This document shows positions 28,436 through 37,707 of a DNA stretch of 64,000 bases, in pieces. The position numbers and the translations under genes are program-made. Within the stretch, counting starts at the first letter, position 1. Each line of letters opens with the position of its first letter. The DNA comes from Microgenomates group bacterium GW2011_GWC1_46_15 (lineage in GTDB: Bacteria; Patescibacteriota; Microgenomatia; UBA1400; UBA12028), in assembly GCA_001002285.1 (NCBI GenBank), contig LCLX01000002.1, positions 3,827 to 67,826 of the forward strand, written 5' to 3'. Below the pieces are notes generated by a model. It did no database searches, was not told where the DNA came from, and saw nothing but the letters and a program-made list of their open reading frames with translations.

Positions 28436-30676
28436 TCAATTATTTAGATCAAGATATCTCCAATCATTTAAATCATTTGGGTTATATGTGTAGTGTTTAT
28501 TACAATTATATCTCCAACTATTTTTATCTTTAAGTACAATTCCACCAAATAATTTCTTTTCTGTTTTAGTCTGTTCCGCGATATACTTTGCTAAACCTTC
28601 CGCGCGTGTTTTTGCTGTCTCAGCAGTAAGTCCACCCTTTGTATCAAACAAACCAACACGACCATCTTTCAACAATACGATAAAATCGACATAGAACGGT
28701 TTTTCAATCCCATATTCAATATGAGGTACGGCAAAATACGTTGCATCGCTTCTTCCATTCTTAAACCACCATTCGACAACTGGTGTTTTTTCTAAATATT
28801 CAATGAAGTCAACTTCGAGATCGCTATCTTCCTCAAACAAATTTGCTGTTCCAGTACTAGATTTTTTTGCGTAGTACGGTTGTATTACCGACTTCTTATA
28901 ATCTTTCTTTGTAAAAGAAAGAGTGTAGTTTATTACTTTTGGAACATTCCATAGTTCTTCGTTTTTTATTAATTCATTTTTACCCTTTCCAACTTCTCCC
29001 TTGTACATTTCTTTTGCTAAATTGATAGTATTAATCATTATTTGACGGTTTTTTTCCGCAAGAACAGCAGCTTGAATCTTTGGCCACTCATCCTCATTTC
29101 GTGTTGCTTCAAAAAATGAATAGATTGATGCCTTGATGCGCCCTATAGAGCGTTGCTCTGGTTCAAATGGTATAAGATTGTTCCGCACGAACATATCAAA
29201 GGCATTTTGCAACTCAACTTCATTTTTAGGAATATCAAGCGTTCCTTTTTTTTCTATACTTTTTGTTTCCTTATCTGGATCAATGATACGACCACTTGCG
29301 ATCAAATTTGTTTTCAAAATACTATGTTTGAATGAAAAATTTTCCTTGAGTTTCAATTTCTTTCCCGCCTCGATAAAAAGAGGAGTAAAATCAGAAGAAA
29401 GGCGTGTTTCCTCGCGAAAACGTTTTGAATGATAAGATTGTAAGTTAAGATTTTTATAGCTCTTGATTCTGAATCCCGTAAAAGTGGTGATGTAATCACG
29501 AGATAAATCTTCAGCGACATTGATATCCTGCAAGCTTGTAAATACATAGCCAATATTCAAATCTTGGTCTGCATAATGTTTCTGTTCTGGCATACGCATA
29601 ATGCGACCAAGTGTCTGGATGGAGAAGGTTATATTCTCTTCTCGCCATTGTCTAAATAAAACCAAGATTGTGGCACGTGGACAATCCCAACCGAGTGCAA
29701 TCGCTTGCTTAAATATCATTACTTCAACTTCATTCTCATTTTTCTCTATATTCGTAAGATTTATTTTGTTATCTTTATCAGAAAGATAGATTGCAAGTCG
29801 TCCGTTTTCGGTTGTATAACTAAATTTCTTAAGTAGGGCGATAATTTCATCTTTTTTATCCGATACACCCTGCATAGCATCCGGCAATTGAATGAGTAAA
29901 AGCGGGTTCACACCTGATTCCTCGGCTTCAAGCTTCTTCTGTAATTCAATTCGCTTTTTCAGCGCGCTTTCTAGCACAAGTTCGTCTGCTGTTTTATCAC
30001 TCTTCTTCTTATCAAGAATGTAATACTCAAAACCAGGATTTATGATGATTTCTTTCTTAATTATCTCTTCGTCTTTTACATCTCTTAGTTCCACTTCAAC
30101 AATTCCGTTCGCATTATTCAATTGCGGGGTAGCCGAAACTTCAATTGTAATTTTTGGTCCAATATCCCGTATTAATTCTTTTGATTTTTCGCTATTCGCC
30201 GTATGATGACTCTCGTCAATAACAAGAAAGATTATTCTATCTTCATTCTTTGTGCGAGAAATAACACTTGAAAGATTATTATCTCGCTCATTTGCGCGAA
30301 CATATAAATTATCTTTTTTGTTGATACTTGCCCAATTTAAAAACAAAATTTCATTTTCACCAATCTTGCGATCATCTAAATCTTCAAAATACGAACATTT
30401 TATTCCTATGCCATTTTGGTCGTAGTATTTCCTAAGATTGTTTCTGCTTTGGTCATGTAGTTTGTTTACAGCTATCCACACGAAAGAAAACTTTTTTCCA
30501 TCTATACGTGAGTCAATCAAACGCTTCAAAAACTCCGCCATCATCAGCGTCTTACCAGAACCAGTGGGAGCTTTAAATATCAAAACTTTGTCACTATCTG
30601 AATCTAAAAGCTTATTGCTTTCTCGTTTAAGATCAACGACTGCATTTTCTTGATAATTTTTAAATTCGAATATCAT
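28436..30676 (-). CDS. res: Type III restriction endonuclease Res subunit
   Basis: APTGSGKT, DESHH, SATP, GWDCPRA, QTLGRIMR; C-terminal FYVDF...DTKG nuclease motif. Confidence 0.9.
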   Translation of the reverse strand: MIFEFKNYQENAVVDLKRESNKLLDSDSDKVLIFKAPTGSGKTLMMAEFLKRLIDSRIDGKKFSFVWIAVNKLHDQSRNNLRKYYDQNGIGIKCSYFEDLDDRKIGENEILFLNWASINKKDNLYVRANERDNNLSSVISRTKNEDRIIFLVIDESHHTANSEKSKELIRDIGPKITIEVSATPQLNNANGIVEVELRDVKDEEIIKKEIIINPGFEYYILDKKKSDKTADELVLESALKKRIELQKKLEAEESGVNPLLLIQLPDAMQGVSDKKDEIIALLKKFSYTTENGRLAIYLSDKDNKINLTNIEKNENEVEVMIFKQAIALGWDCPRATILVLFRQWREENITFSIQTLGRIMRMPEQKHYADQDLNIGYVFTSLQDINVAEDLSRDYITTFTGFRIKSYKNLNLQSYHSKRFREETRLSSDFTPLFIEAGKKLKLKENFSFKHSILKTNLIASGRIIDPDKETKSIEKKGTLDIPKNEVELQNAFDMFVRNNLIPFEPEQRSIGRIKASIYSFFEATRNEDEWPKIQAAVLAEKNRQIMINTINLAKEMYKGEVGKGKNELIKNEELWNVPKVINYTLSFTKKDYKKSVIQPYYAKKSSTGTANLFEEDSDLEVDFIEYLEKTPVVEWWFKNGRSDATYFAVPHIEYGIEKPFYVDFIVLLKDGRVGLFDTKGGLTAETAKTRAEGLAKYIAEQTKTEKKLFGGIVLKDKNSWRYNCNKHYTYNPNDLNDWRYLDLNN

Positions 30677-30677
30677 A

Positions 30678-32450
30678 TTATTTGAAAATCTCCCGATACA
30701 CTTTCAATATCACTTCTGGAATGGCGCAAAGTGTTATTTTGTCTTTGACATCAACAAATTTCTTTGCATGTGGGTCGTCTCCCATTGAAAAAACATAGGT
30801 GTTGAAATGTCCATCAATTTTTTTAATTTCCTTTTTATAGTCATCTATTGCTTCCTCATAGAAGATAATTCCAATATATTTATCAGTATTCTTAAAAATC
30901 TTGAATTCTTCGGTTTCTTGGATAAGTTCAAAAGCATTCTCTAAAATACAGAGCATCTCTGTAGATTCTTTAACAAGTTTCCTCTTGTTTTTATCTGTTG
31001 GTTCAGCTTTCACAAAATCAGTCGTGAAGTATTTTAGGTTTCCACCAAGGCCTTCTACTTTTTCTTCTTTTGAATTTTTGTATCCTGTTATAATTTTTTT
31101 GAGACGAGGATAGCAAATTTCAGAAGCTATCTTGTGTTCTGATTTTTCATCCCCATTATTTGTACAAAGAATAAAAACTCGAGTACCTCCATCTTCTTCG
31201 TTTTGTTGTAATACGGCTTGTCCTGTAGTTCCCGATCCTGCAAAAAAATCCAAGATAATAGAATCTTTTTGTGTCGCTAATTGGATAATTTTTTTTATTA
31301 AATAAACAGGTTTTGGATGATCAAAGGTACGCGCCATTCCAATCTCTCTTAAATCAATGGTCCCTTGCTCTGTTCTAACTTCTGTTTCATCCCATATGGA
31401 TTTTGCCTTTGTGCTCGCCTTTCGAGATTTCTCATAAATATTCCAACCGCCATCTCGTCGCTGCCTACCAACAACATTTGAAATATTCGTATTCAAGGCA
31501 ATATTTTTTTTCGTTAAAGCTTGACCCCACCGCCAACAACTATCATCCCCCTTACTATTAAGTGGATATACTTCTATATTAAATTCTTTTGATTTATTTA
31601 AAGAAACAAGGCACTGACCTTTTTTATCAACACTTTTAAAATTAACATATATTGGATAATAAAGATTAGGTCGATTCGCTTTTGTAAATTTTGGATTTCG
31701 ATTTCTCAGCTCTCTAAGTTCATAACCACCTCGAGAATCTTGCAAATCAAAATCTACTTTTTTCATTAACTCATTTAATACGCTTTCTTCGCTCTTAAAA
31801 TAACATAAAAGATATTCGTGTGTTACTGCTATTGGCAAATAATCACGCCCACCTTTATTGACCTGTACTGTTATCATCGTTACAAAATTTTTCTCGCCAA
31901 ATATTTCATCGCAAAGCATTTTCAATGGAGCTTGTTCATTGTCACTAATACTAATGAAAATAGCACCATTTCGTTTTAAGAGATTTTTCGCAAGCTTAAG
32001 TCGTTTCTCAAGAAAAGAAAGCCACTTACTATGTCTAAAGTCATCTTCTAAATCAACAAACTTGTCGTTGTATATAAAGTCGTTATTGCCTGTATTATAA
32101 GGCGGATCAATGTATATCAAATCCACTGCTTCACGGTGTGTGAAATTGAGAACGGCAAGAGAATGATAATTGTCGCCCTCAATCAAAAAATTTACAAGTT
32201 TTGATTTATCTGATTCAATTGCTTTACCTTTTACTTCTTTCAAAACAGGAAACGGTTTGCCAGCCATTTCGTTAGGGAACATCTCATTTGGAGTGTGTGC
32301 ATCAGGATTGACAAGGATATCAATTTTTTCCTCTGGCAGATCGCGATGCCAAACAAGTCCATATGTGGTACTTTTTATTCTTACGATTTCCTTGATCAAT
32401 TCTTCTTTTGACCAAGATTCATATTCTTTTCTGTTTATCTTTTTCGGCAT
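30678..32450 (-). CDS. mod: Type III R-M DNA methyltransferase Mod subunit
   Basis: IYIDPPYNTG, HPKP, LDFFAGSGTTG. Confidence 0.92.
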   Translation of the reverse strand: MPKKINRKEYESWSKEELIKEIVRIKSTTYGLVWHRDLPEEKIDILVNPDAHTPNEMFPNEMAGKPFPVLKEVKGKAIESDKSKLVNFLIEGDNYHSLAVLNFTHREAVDLIYIDPPYNTGNNDFIYNDKFVDLEDDFRHSKWLSFLEKRLKLAKNLLKRNGAIFISISDNEQAPLKMLCDEIFGEKNFVTMITVQVNKGGRDYLPIAVTHEYLLCYFKSEESVLNELMKKVDFDLQDSRGGYELRELRNRNPKFTKANRPNLYYPIYVNFKSVDKKGQCLVSLNKSKEFNIEVYPLNSKGDDSCWRWGQALTKKNIALNTNISNVVGRQRRDGGWNIYEKSRKASTKAKSIWDETEVRTEQGTIDLREIGMARTFDHPKPVYLIKKIIQLATQKDSIILDFFAGSGTTGQAVLQQNEEDGGTRVFILCTNNGDEKSEHKIASEICYPRLKKIITGYKNSKEEKVEGLGGNLKYFTTDFVKAEPTDKNKRKLVKESTEMLCILENAFELIQETEEFKIFKNTDKYIGIIFYEEAIDDYKKEIKKIDGHFNTYVFSMGDDPHAKKFVDVKDKITLCAIPEVILKVYREIFK

Positions 32451-32634
32451 ATATGTTGTTTCTTCATTTCTACAAATTTAGTTACGCCAGTGTTTTTGTG
32501 CTATGTTTTTTCCCTCGCTTTACAATCCATCAGCTTACTTGATTGTATCCGTCAGCAAATAGTAAGACAAGTTTTTTCCACAGAAAATAAATTTCTACAA
32601 ATCCATATAGCTAACATAATTTACACTTTTTCCC

Positions 32635-33222
32635 CTACCCCAACCCCACCTCCACCTTCCCTGAGCGATCCTTAAACACTTCGGAGAACACGGCCTCCAG
32701 GACCGAGGAGGTAAGAACGACATTTTTTCCGCAGTAGGCGTCGAGCACGCGGACGGTTTTGCTGAGCTGAAACTCCATGTACGTCAACACCTGTATCTTT
32801 GAGTAGACTCGCGTAAACCCAAATGAACACAACGCATCCTCCACACCCCGGAAATGCGGGCCGTTCCTATTGCCCTCCTTGCCCGCCCGTGTCGTGATAG
32901 GAAAATCAATAAGATACCGCATCTTTCCCAAGTGCACCTGGATAAACCTGTCCTCATTGTTTGCCTTGGAAAAAATCACATAGTGGCATCCATTCGCGTA
33001 CTTCAGCACCTCCTGGATATATCGCCTCCGCGGAAGGTGTTTCCGCAGGTGGAGGAGCGCGTGCTGTTTTTCTTCCACAAAATCTTCATGGATCATCACG
33101 CGAAGGGTGGGCAGGAAGCCTTTCATCTCGAACATGAAGTGATACGTGTGCCCTTCATACAGGTTTAGGAAAAAGATGATGATGTTCCCAACAATGGTAT
33201 ACATACTCTCTATGAGGCGCAT
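32635..33222 (-). CDS. Hypothetical protein
   Basis: 3' part of the track ORF; TACAAT lies 6 nt before ATG 33222. Confidence 0.55.
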   Translation of the reverse strand: MRLIESMYTIVGNIIIFFLNLYEGHTYHFMFEMKGFLPTLRVMIHEDFVEEKQHALLHLRKHLPRRRYIQEVLKYANGCHYVIFSKANNEDRFIQVHLGKMRYLIDFPITTRAGKEGNRNGPHFRGVEDALCSFGFTRVYSKIQVLTYMEFQLSKTVRVLDAYCGKNVVLTSSVLEAVFSEVFKDRSGKVEVGLG

Positions 33223-33325
33223 GGGGATATTGTACGCCCACGGGACCTCTACAATAGCGTGCGGGGCCTTTGAAAACACGAAAATTCCCATTGACTTCGG
33301 GTAATGTTTGGCATATTCTGGAACT

Positions 33326-34171
33326 ATGAATCTGCCCCCAATCAAACCCACAACAATCGCCTTTTTTAAAGGAAAGAAGATCAGGAAAACGCTTTCTGGC
33401 GGCGAGTGGTGGTTTTCTATTATTGATGTTATCGCCGCACTCACAAACACCAATGAGCCAAGACGCTACTGGAGTGATCTAAAAATTAAACTCAGACAAG
33501 AAGGATTTATTGAAGTGTACGAAAAAATCGTACAGTTGAAATTAGAGGCTCCGGACAACAAAATGCGTACGACCGACTGTGCCAATACCGAAAGTATCTT
33601 CCGCATCATCCAATCCATCCCTTCACCCAAAGCCGAGCCATTCAAACGGTGGCTTGCGAGGGTCGGGTATGAACGAGTGCAGGAGATTGAAAATCCCGAG
33701 CTTGCGACAAAACGCACACGGATGCTCTATAAACTCAAGGGGTACTCCGAAGATTGGATTGAAAAACGCATGCGCGGTATTGCAATCCGCGAGGAGTTAA
33801 CAGATGAATGGAAACAGCGGGGAGCGAGAGAACAACGTGATTATGAAATATTAACATCGGAAATTTCTCGGGCAACGTTTGGAATTACACCGGGTGAATA
33901 TAAAAAACTGAAAGGGCTCCAACGCGAAAATTTGCGCGATCACATGGATGACTTCGAACTGATTTTTACCATGCTGGGCGAACGCGCTACAACAGAAATT
34001 CATCGCAACGAAAAATCGCAAGGTATGCCAAAACTCAAAAGCGACTCCCGCGCTGGGGGAAATATTGCGGGGGGAGCGCGGAAACAACTCGAAAAACGGT
34101 TGGGCAGAAGCATTGTGTCCAAGAGAAATTATCTCAAACATTCTGAGTATAAAAAGCTCAAAGGGAAGTAA
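33326..34171 (+). CDS. Bro-N domain (phage antirepressor-like) protein
   Basis: WWFSIIDVI, RYWSDLK, RIIQSIPSPKAEPFKRWLA, ENLRDHM. Confidence 0.88.
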   Translation: MNLPPIKPTTIAFFKGKKIRKTLSGGEWWFSIIDVIAALTNTNEPRRYWSDLKIKLRQEGFIEVYEKIVQLKLEAPDNKMRTTDCANTESIFRIIQSIPSPKAEPFKRWLARVGYERVQEIENPELATKRTRMLYKLKGYSEDWIEKRMRGIAIREELTDEWKQRGAREQRDYEILTSEISRATFGITPGEYKKLKGLQRENLRDHMDDFELIFTMLGERATTEIHRNEKSQGMPKLKSDSRAGGNIAGGARKQLEKRLGRSIVSKRNYLKHSEYKKLKGK

Positions 34172-34196
34172 CAGCGAACCGCCTTACTTCACTTTT

Positions 34197-34406
34197 TTAC
34201 TGTGCAATTTGGGTTCCGAAGTGAGAAAGAATAGAAACAAAGTCCTGGTTTGTAAACCCCTTTATATCGGGAAGCTCTTTCCGTATCTCTTCAGCGGTAT
34301 AATTCATTGCAATAAGTGCCAACACGCGGGAAACGGGGATTCGAGTTCCCTTCATAATCGGCTGTCCGCCGAGAATCTTTGGATTTTGTTGAATAAGAGC
34401 TGTCAT
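34197..34406 (-). CDS. DUF433-family protein (antitoxin-like)
   Basis: NPKILGGQPIMKGTRIPV. Confidence 0.85.
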   Translation of the reverse strand: MTALIQQNPKILGGQPIMKGTRIPVSRVLALIAMNYTAEEIRKELPDIKGFTNQDFVSILSHFGTQIAQ

Positions 34407-34549
34407 GGAAGTGCTTTCACTGTAATCGAAAACCAGTTTTTTGTCAATGCGAAAATAATGCAAAAATACAAAACCCCATACGCTATTATTGAAGTGTCCG
34501 AAAAAATCGGACAACTGAAGGTCAAGTTCCCAACTTTATAAATCGGTAC

Positions 34550-35503
34550 CTACATCGTTTTCCAATCTCTCAAAAATTGTTCCTTTGCGTGGTTCATTCC
34601 TGCTTCGTTTTCTTCCTTTTTGTAATACTGGATAAAACTTAATCCCATTCTTAGCCGATACAAAAAGAGTTTTTTGCCAAACTCCGCGATCACTGGGGCA
34701 ACTTGCTCATACCCCGCCCGAAGTATATCAACTGACAAATCTCTGCCAAAAAAGTAGTCCCACCAAGCAAAATCCCACATGGGATCACCGCTTCTGCAGT
34801 TTTCAAAATCAATAATGCCCGTAATTTTATCCCCATTAACAAGAATATGCTTTGTACTGAAATCACTATGGAGCAACTGGGGAGAAACATCAAAAAGCGC
34901 CTGATGATCCTCTAGTGTACGAATTACTTTATCTATTTTGTCTGCCTCAATTCCCATGTGTTCCGCAGCTTCCACAGCCAAGTCCCGATCTCGCTTTGCT
35001 TCCATCATGTACTCAAACCACGTGTTATATTTTCCCTTTCCAAATCTATTCAGTCCGCCGTATCCCCGTGTTTTTACCGAGTGAATCTTTGCGAGTATTG
35101 CGCCGGCTTTGCGGACAAACTTGAGAACTTGTACGTGGTCTTGTATTGTACTTAGCGGAGTTCCCAAAAGTGCTGTTTCAATAGAAAATGTGAGTTTCTC
35201 GTCACCATGTTGCACTGAAGTAACGAGTAAAATTTCCGGAGCGAGGACTCCGATCTTTTTCACCTGGTTGATCGCCCATTTCTCTGCAAGGAATCTTGGT
35301 TTTTCGCTTCTCGAAATTCTGGCAACAATATGTTTACCGTTTCTCAACGTGATCGCGTATACCTCATTCACCTCACCAAGAATGACTTTTTGTTTATGTA
35401 CAACTTCAGAACCAGTAGCACGATGTACAACAGCATTGAGGATGGAGTCCGGCGTGTTCAGTCCCGCATGTTTTTGATCAAGATACGATTGATAACTTTT
35501 CAT
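34550..35503 (-). CDS. Aminoglycoside/choline phosphotransferase (APH-like) family kinase
   Basis: GEVNEVY, LLHSDF..KHIL, GIIDFE, GDPMWD. Confidence 0.8.
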   Translation of the reverse strand: MKSYQSYLDQKHAGLNTPDSILNAVVHRATGSEVVHKQKVILGEVNEVYAITLRNGKHIVARISRSEKPRFLAEKWAINQVKKIGVLAPEILLVTSVQHGDEKLTFSIETALLGTPLSTIQDHVQVLKFVRKAGAILAKIHSVKTRGYGGLNRFGKGKYNTWFEYMMEAKRDRDLAVEAAEHMGIEADKIDKVIRTLEDHQALFDVSPQLLHSDFSTKHILVNGDKITGIIDFENCRSGDPMWDFAWWDYFFGRDLSVDILRAGYEQVAPVIAEFGKKLFLYRLRMGLSFIQYYKKEENEAGMNHAKEQFLRDWKTM

Positions 35504-35516
35504 ATTATTTCTCTAC

Positions 35517-36494
35517 TTATTTCTCCATCGCCTTTTGGAACGCGTTAAACTGGCGCGTGGGTTTTCCTTGCGCATCCAAAAAACTAAACAGGGTGAATGC
35601 GCCCGGAGCACCGCGCAGAACAAACGGCGTTACGGCACGGATCCGCGGGTCGGACCAAATATACGTCACGGCATACTTGTAGTACTGCGAAAGCCATCGG
35701 CCGGTCGCAGGCGTGTCCACCCAGCCGGTTTCGGTGATGTACACGGGAAACTGCCTGTTTGTGTAACCCCGCAAAAACTCGAGCTCATACTCATACCCGC
35801 GCAGGCTGGTTTTCCCTTTGGCAAGTGGGGAAGCGCTAAAGGCGGGGTTGGGGTAGGAGTGCGACGTCCAGCCGTCCAGCACATCTAAAACGCCTGGATT
35901 TGCTGCGAGCATTGTGCGCAAAAACGCGAAGGCTTCCATTGTTACACGACTATTGGGGGCGGCGAGGTCGAGGCCGGCGGGCAGCATAATATACCCGGCA
36001 TTTTCCGAGTGCAGCCAGTCCGCGGTAAACTGCAGGATGTTGCCATAGCCTTCGGGGTCAAGCGTGTTGCCCCACTCTGCAGCGTGGTTGGGCTCGTTGA
36101 ACACCACGATAATGCGCTCGTCGGGGTTTGGCCAAGGAAGCGCGGACAAAAAGCGTGTGAGATCAATGATATCTTTGCGCGTTGGCGTGATCCATGTGCT
36201 GCTTTCAACCCGCGTGGCTAGCCGTATGATTGGCTGGAACTTTTTGTCTTTTGCTTCAAGGAAAAACCGCACCCACTCGTCTTTTTTGCTGAGTTCATTG
36301 AGCGAAATCGGGATGGTTACATAGTCCCAGTTGTCTTTGGTGTCGGCCGATTTGAGCAGGGAAGCGGCATCGCTAAGTTCTCCGGGGTTCAAAATGTGCA
36401 CGCCAAGGACTTCGGCTGCAAAGATGGGACGAACAAACATCGTACCAGCAACGGCTAGTGCGATAAAAATCAGCAAAAATTGTAGTGTTCTCAC
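35517..36494 (-). CDS. Exported glycoside hydrolase-like protein (GH-A clan TIM barrel)
   Basis: Signal anchor; VFNEPN acid/base and YITETGW nucleophile motifs. Confidence 0.75.
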   Translation of the reverse strand: MRTLQFLLIFIALAVAGTMFVRPIFAAEVLGVHILNPGELSDAASLLKSADTKDNWDYVTIPISLNELSKKDEWVRFFLEAKDKKFQPIIRLATRVESSTWITPTRKDIIDLTRFLSALPWPNPDERIIVVFNEPNHAAEWGNTLDPEGYGNILQFTADWLHSENAGYIMLPAGLDLAAPNSRVTMEAFAFLRTMLAANPGVLDVLDGWTSHSYPNPAFSASPLAKGKTSLRGYEYELEFLRGYTNRQFPVYITETGWVDTPATGRWLSQYYKYAVTYIWSDPRIRAVTPFVLRGAPGAFTLFSFLDAQGKPTRQFNAFQKAMEK

Positions 36495-36597
36495 ATCCCT
36501 ATTGTACACTACTTACCTCTGGAAAACCGGGGACGGAAAGAAAAACTTACCATGAACCGCTATGCAACAGCGCATAAACTCTGTACGATGGAACGAT

Positions 36598-37251
36598 ATG
36601 CAGAAACTTCTGCTGTGTTTGTCGTGGTTTGTGCTCACGGTCGCGCTGTTTGTCGCGAACGCTTCCGCCGTGCGCCTGCTTACCCACAAGCGCCCGCTCG
36701 AGTTCGCGCCGTCTACCGCTTCAACCGTTACCGCCCCGCTGGAGAACACATCGCCGGTTGGATCCGTTGGCATCAGCACGATTCTTGAAGCCCAGGACGC
36801 CCGCCCAGAAATCATCGCCGAGTTCTTGAAACGCCACGACTCGCCCCTTACCCCATATGAGCACTTCGCCAAGTTCATCGTGGACACTGCCGACAAGTAC
36901 AACGTGGACTACCGCCTGATTCCCGCCATCATGATGCAGGAAAGCAACCTCTGCAAAGCCATTCCCCCAGGCTCGTACAACTGCCTTGGGTTTGGCATTC
37001 ACGCCAAGGGCACGCTCACGTTTGACAGTTATGAAGAGAGCATCGAGCGCGCCACCCGCGAGCTCAAGGCCAACTACATTGATATCGACCTTACGACACC
37101 CGAGGAAATCATGACCAAGTACACGCCCGGAAGCAACGGCTCTTGGGCAGCTTCAGTGAATCAATGGATTGCTGAGATGGAGTATAACGACCGTGCCAAG
37201 GGGAAAAGCGAGAAAAGTGATGCGGATTTGACGGTATATACGGCACAATAA
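36598..37251 (+). CDS. Exported lysozyme-like (glucosaminidase/SLT-fold) protein
   Basis: TM; DYRLIPAIMMQES, YNCLGFG, KYTP...W. Confidence 0.7.
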   Translation: MQKLLLCLSWFVLTVALFVANASAVRLLTHKRPLEFAPSTASTVTAPLENTSPVGSVGISTILEAQDARPEIIAEFLKRHDSPLTPYEHFAKFIVDTADKYNVDYRLIPAIMMQESNLCKAIPPGSYNCLGFGIHAKGTLTFDSYEESIERATRELKANYIDIDLTTPEEIMTKYTPGSNGSWAASVNQWIAEMEYNDRAKGKSEKSDADLTVYTAQ

Positions 37252-37304
37252 CCCCTGGTTTTCCTCTGGAAATAGACCCAGAATAGTTCTCACCATACAG
37301 ATAC

Positions 37305-37333
37305 TTGACAATCCTATAACTATATTGTATAGT
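37305..37333 (+). promoter_or_regulatory. Near-consensus sigma70 promoter
   Basis: TTGACA, 17 nt, TATAGT with an extended TG; no ORF follows. Confidence 0.75.
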
Positions 37334-37339
37334 TATCAA

Positions 37340-37410
37340 CAGATCTGAAGGTTTTCCCTGACGGGATTACGTTCAGGTTACAAGAGCCCCGACCGCAAGT
37401 CGGGTTTTTT
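37340..37410 (+). ncRNA. Candidate small RNA (long hairpin plus intrinsic terminator)
   Basis: GATCTGAA/TTCAGGTT stem with TCCC-tgac-GGGA apex; then CCCGAC-cgcaa-GTCGGG and a T run. Confidence 0.5.
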
Positions 37411-37422
37411 GTACCTACATCC

Positions 37423-37555
37423 GAGAAAGATCGGGACTCGGTTTTATACTCAAACTAACGCAGACTATATACAAACCGTGTCAAATCAACGGTAAGATCG
37501 GGACTTCCCCAAGGGTCTGATTCGCTTGCTCAAGAGACAAGTCCCGAACTCTCTC
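37423..37555. ncRNA. Candidate structured RNA
   Basis: Closing stem GAGAAAGATCGGGACT/AGTCCCGAACTCTCTC with internal hairpins; no ORF. Confidence 0.4.
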
Positions 37556-37579
37556 CGAGGTGTTACAATCATCCCAACT

Positions 37580-37666
37580 GCAGTGGTGGCGGAATTGGCA
37601 GACGCGCAGGGCTTAGAACCCTGTGCCCTTCAATAAGGCATGAGAGTTCGATCCTCTCCCACTGCA
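37580..37666 (+). tRNA. tRNA-Leu(TAG)
   Basis: Class II cloverleaf; CAGGG-ctTAGaa-CCCTG. Confidence 0.92.
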
Positions 37667-37707
37667 CATGTCTTGCTTCCCCCTAATCTTCCGGTATACT
37701 AGCCTGT

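Noticed and set aside
30678-32450. Phase-variable mod gene
   Set aside because: No simple-sequence repeat tract beyond ordinary A runs; the frame is intact.
32590-32610. Cas12a repeat-like AATTTCTAC
   Set aside because: No complementary GTAGA stem follows, there is no regular array and no cas gene.
26973-34500. Prophage or integrative element
   Set aside because: No integrase or structural genes, and I saw no duplicated tRNA-Lys 3' end.
34550-35503. Aminoglycoside resistance gene
   Set aside because: Only the general APH/choline kinase fold is supported; the substrate cannot be inferred.
37427-37505. Mini CRISPR array (67-bp period)
   Set aside because: Only two 12-bp copies; better explained as RNA pairing strands.
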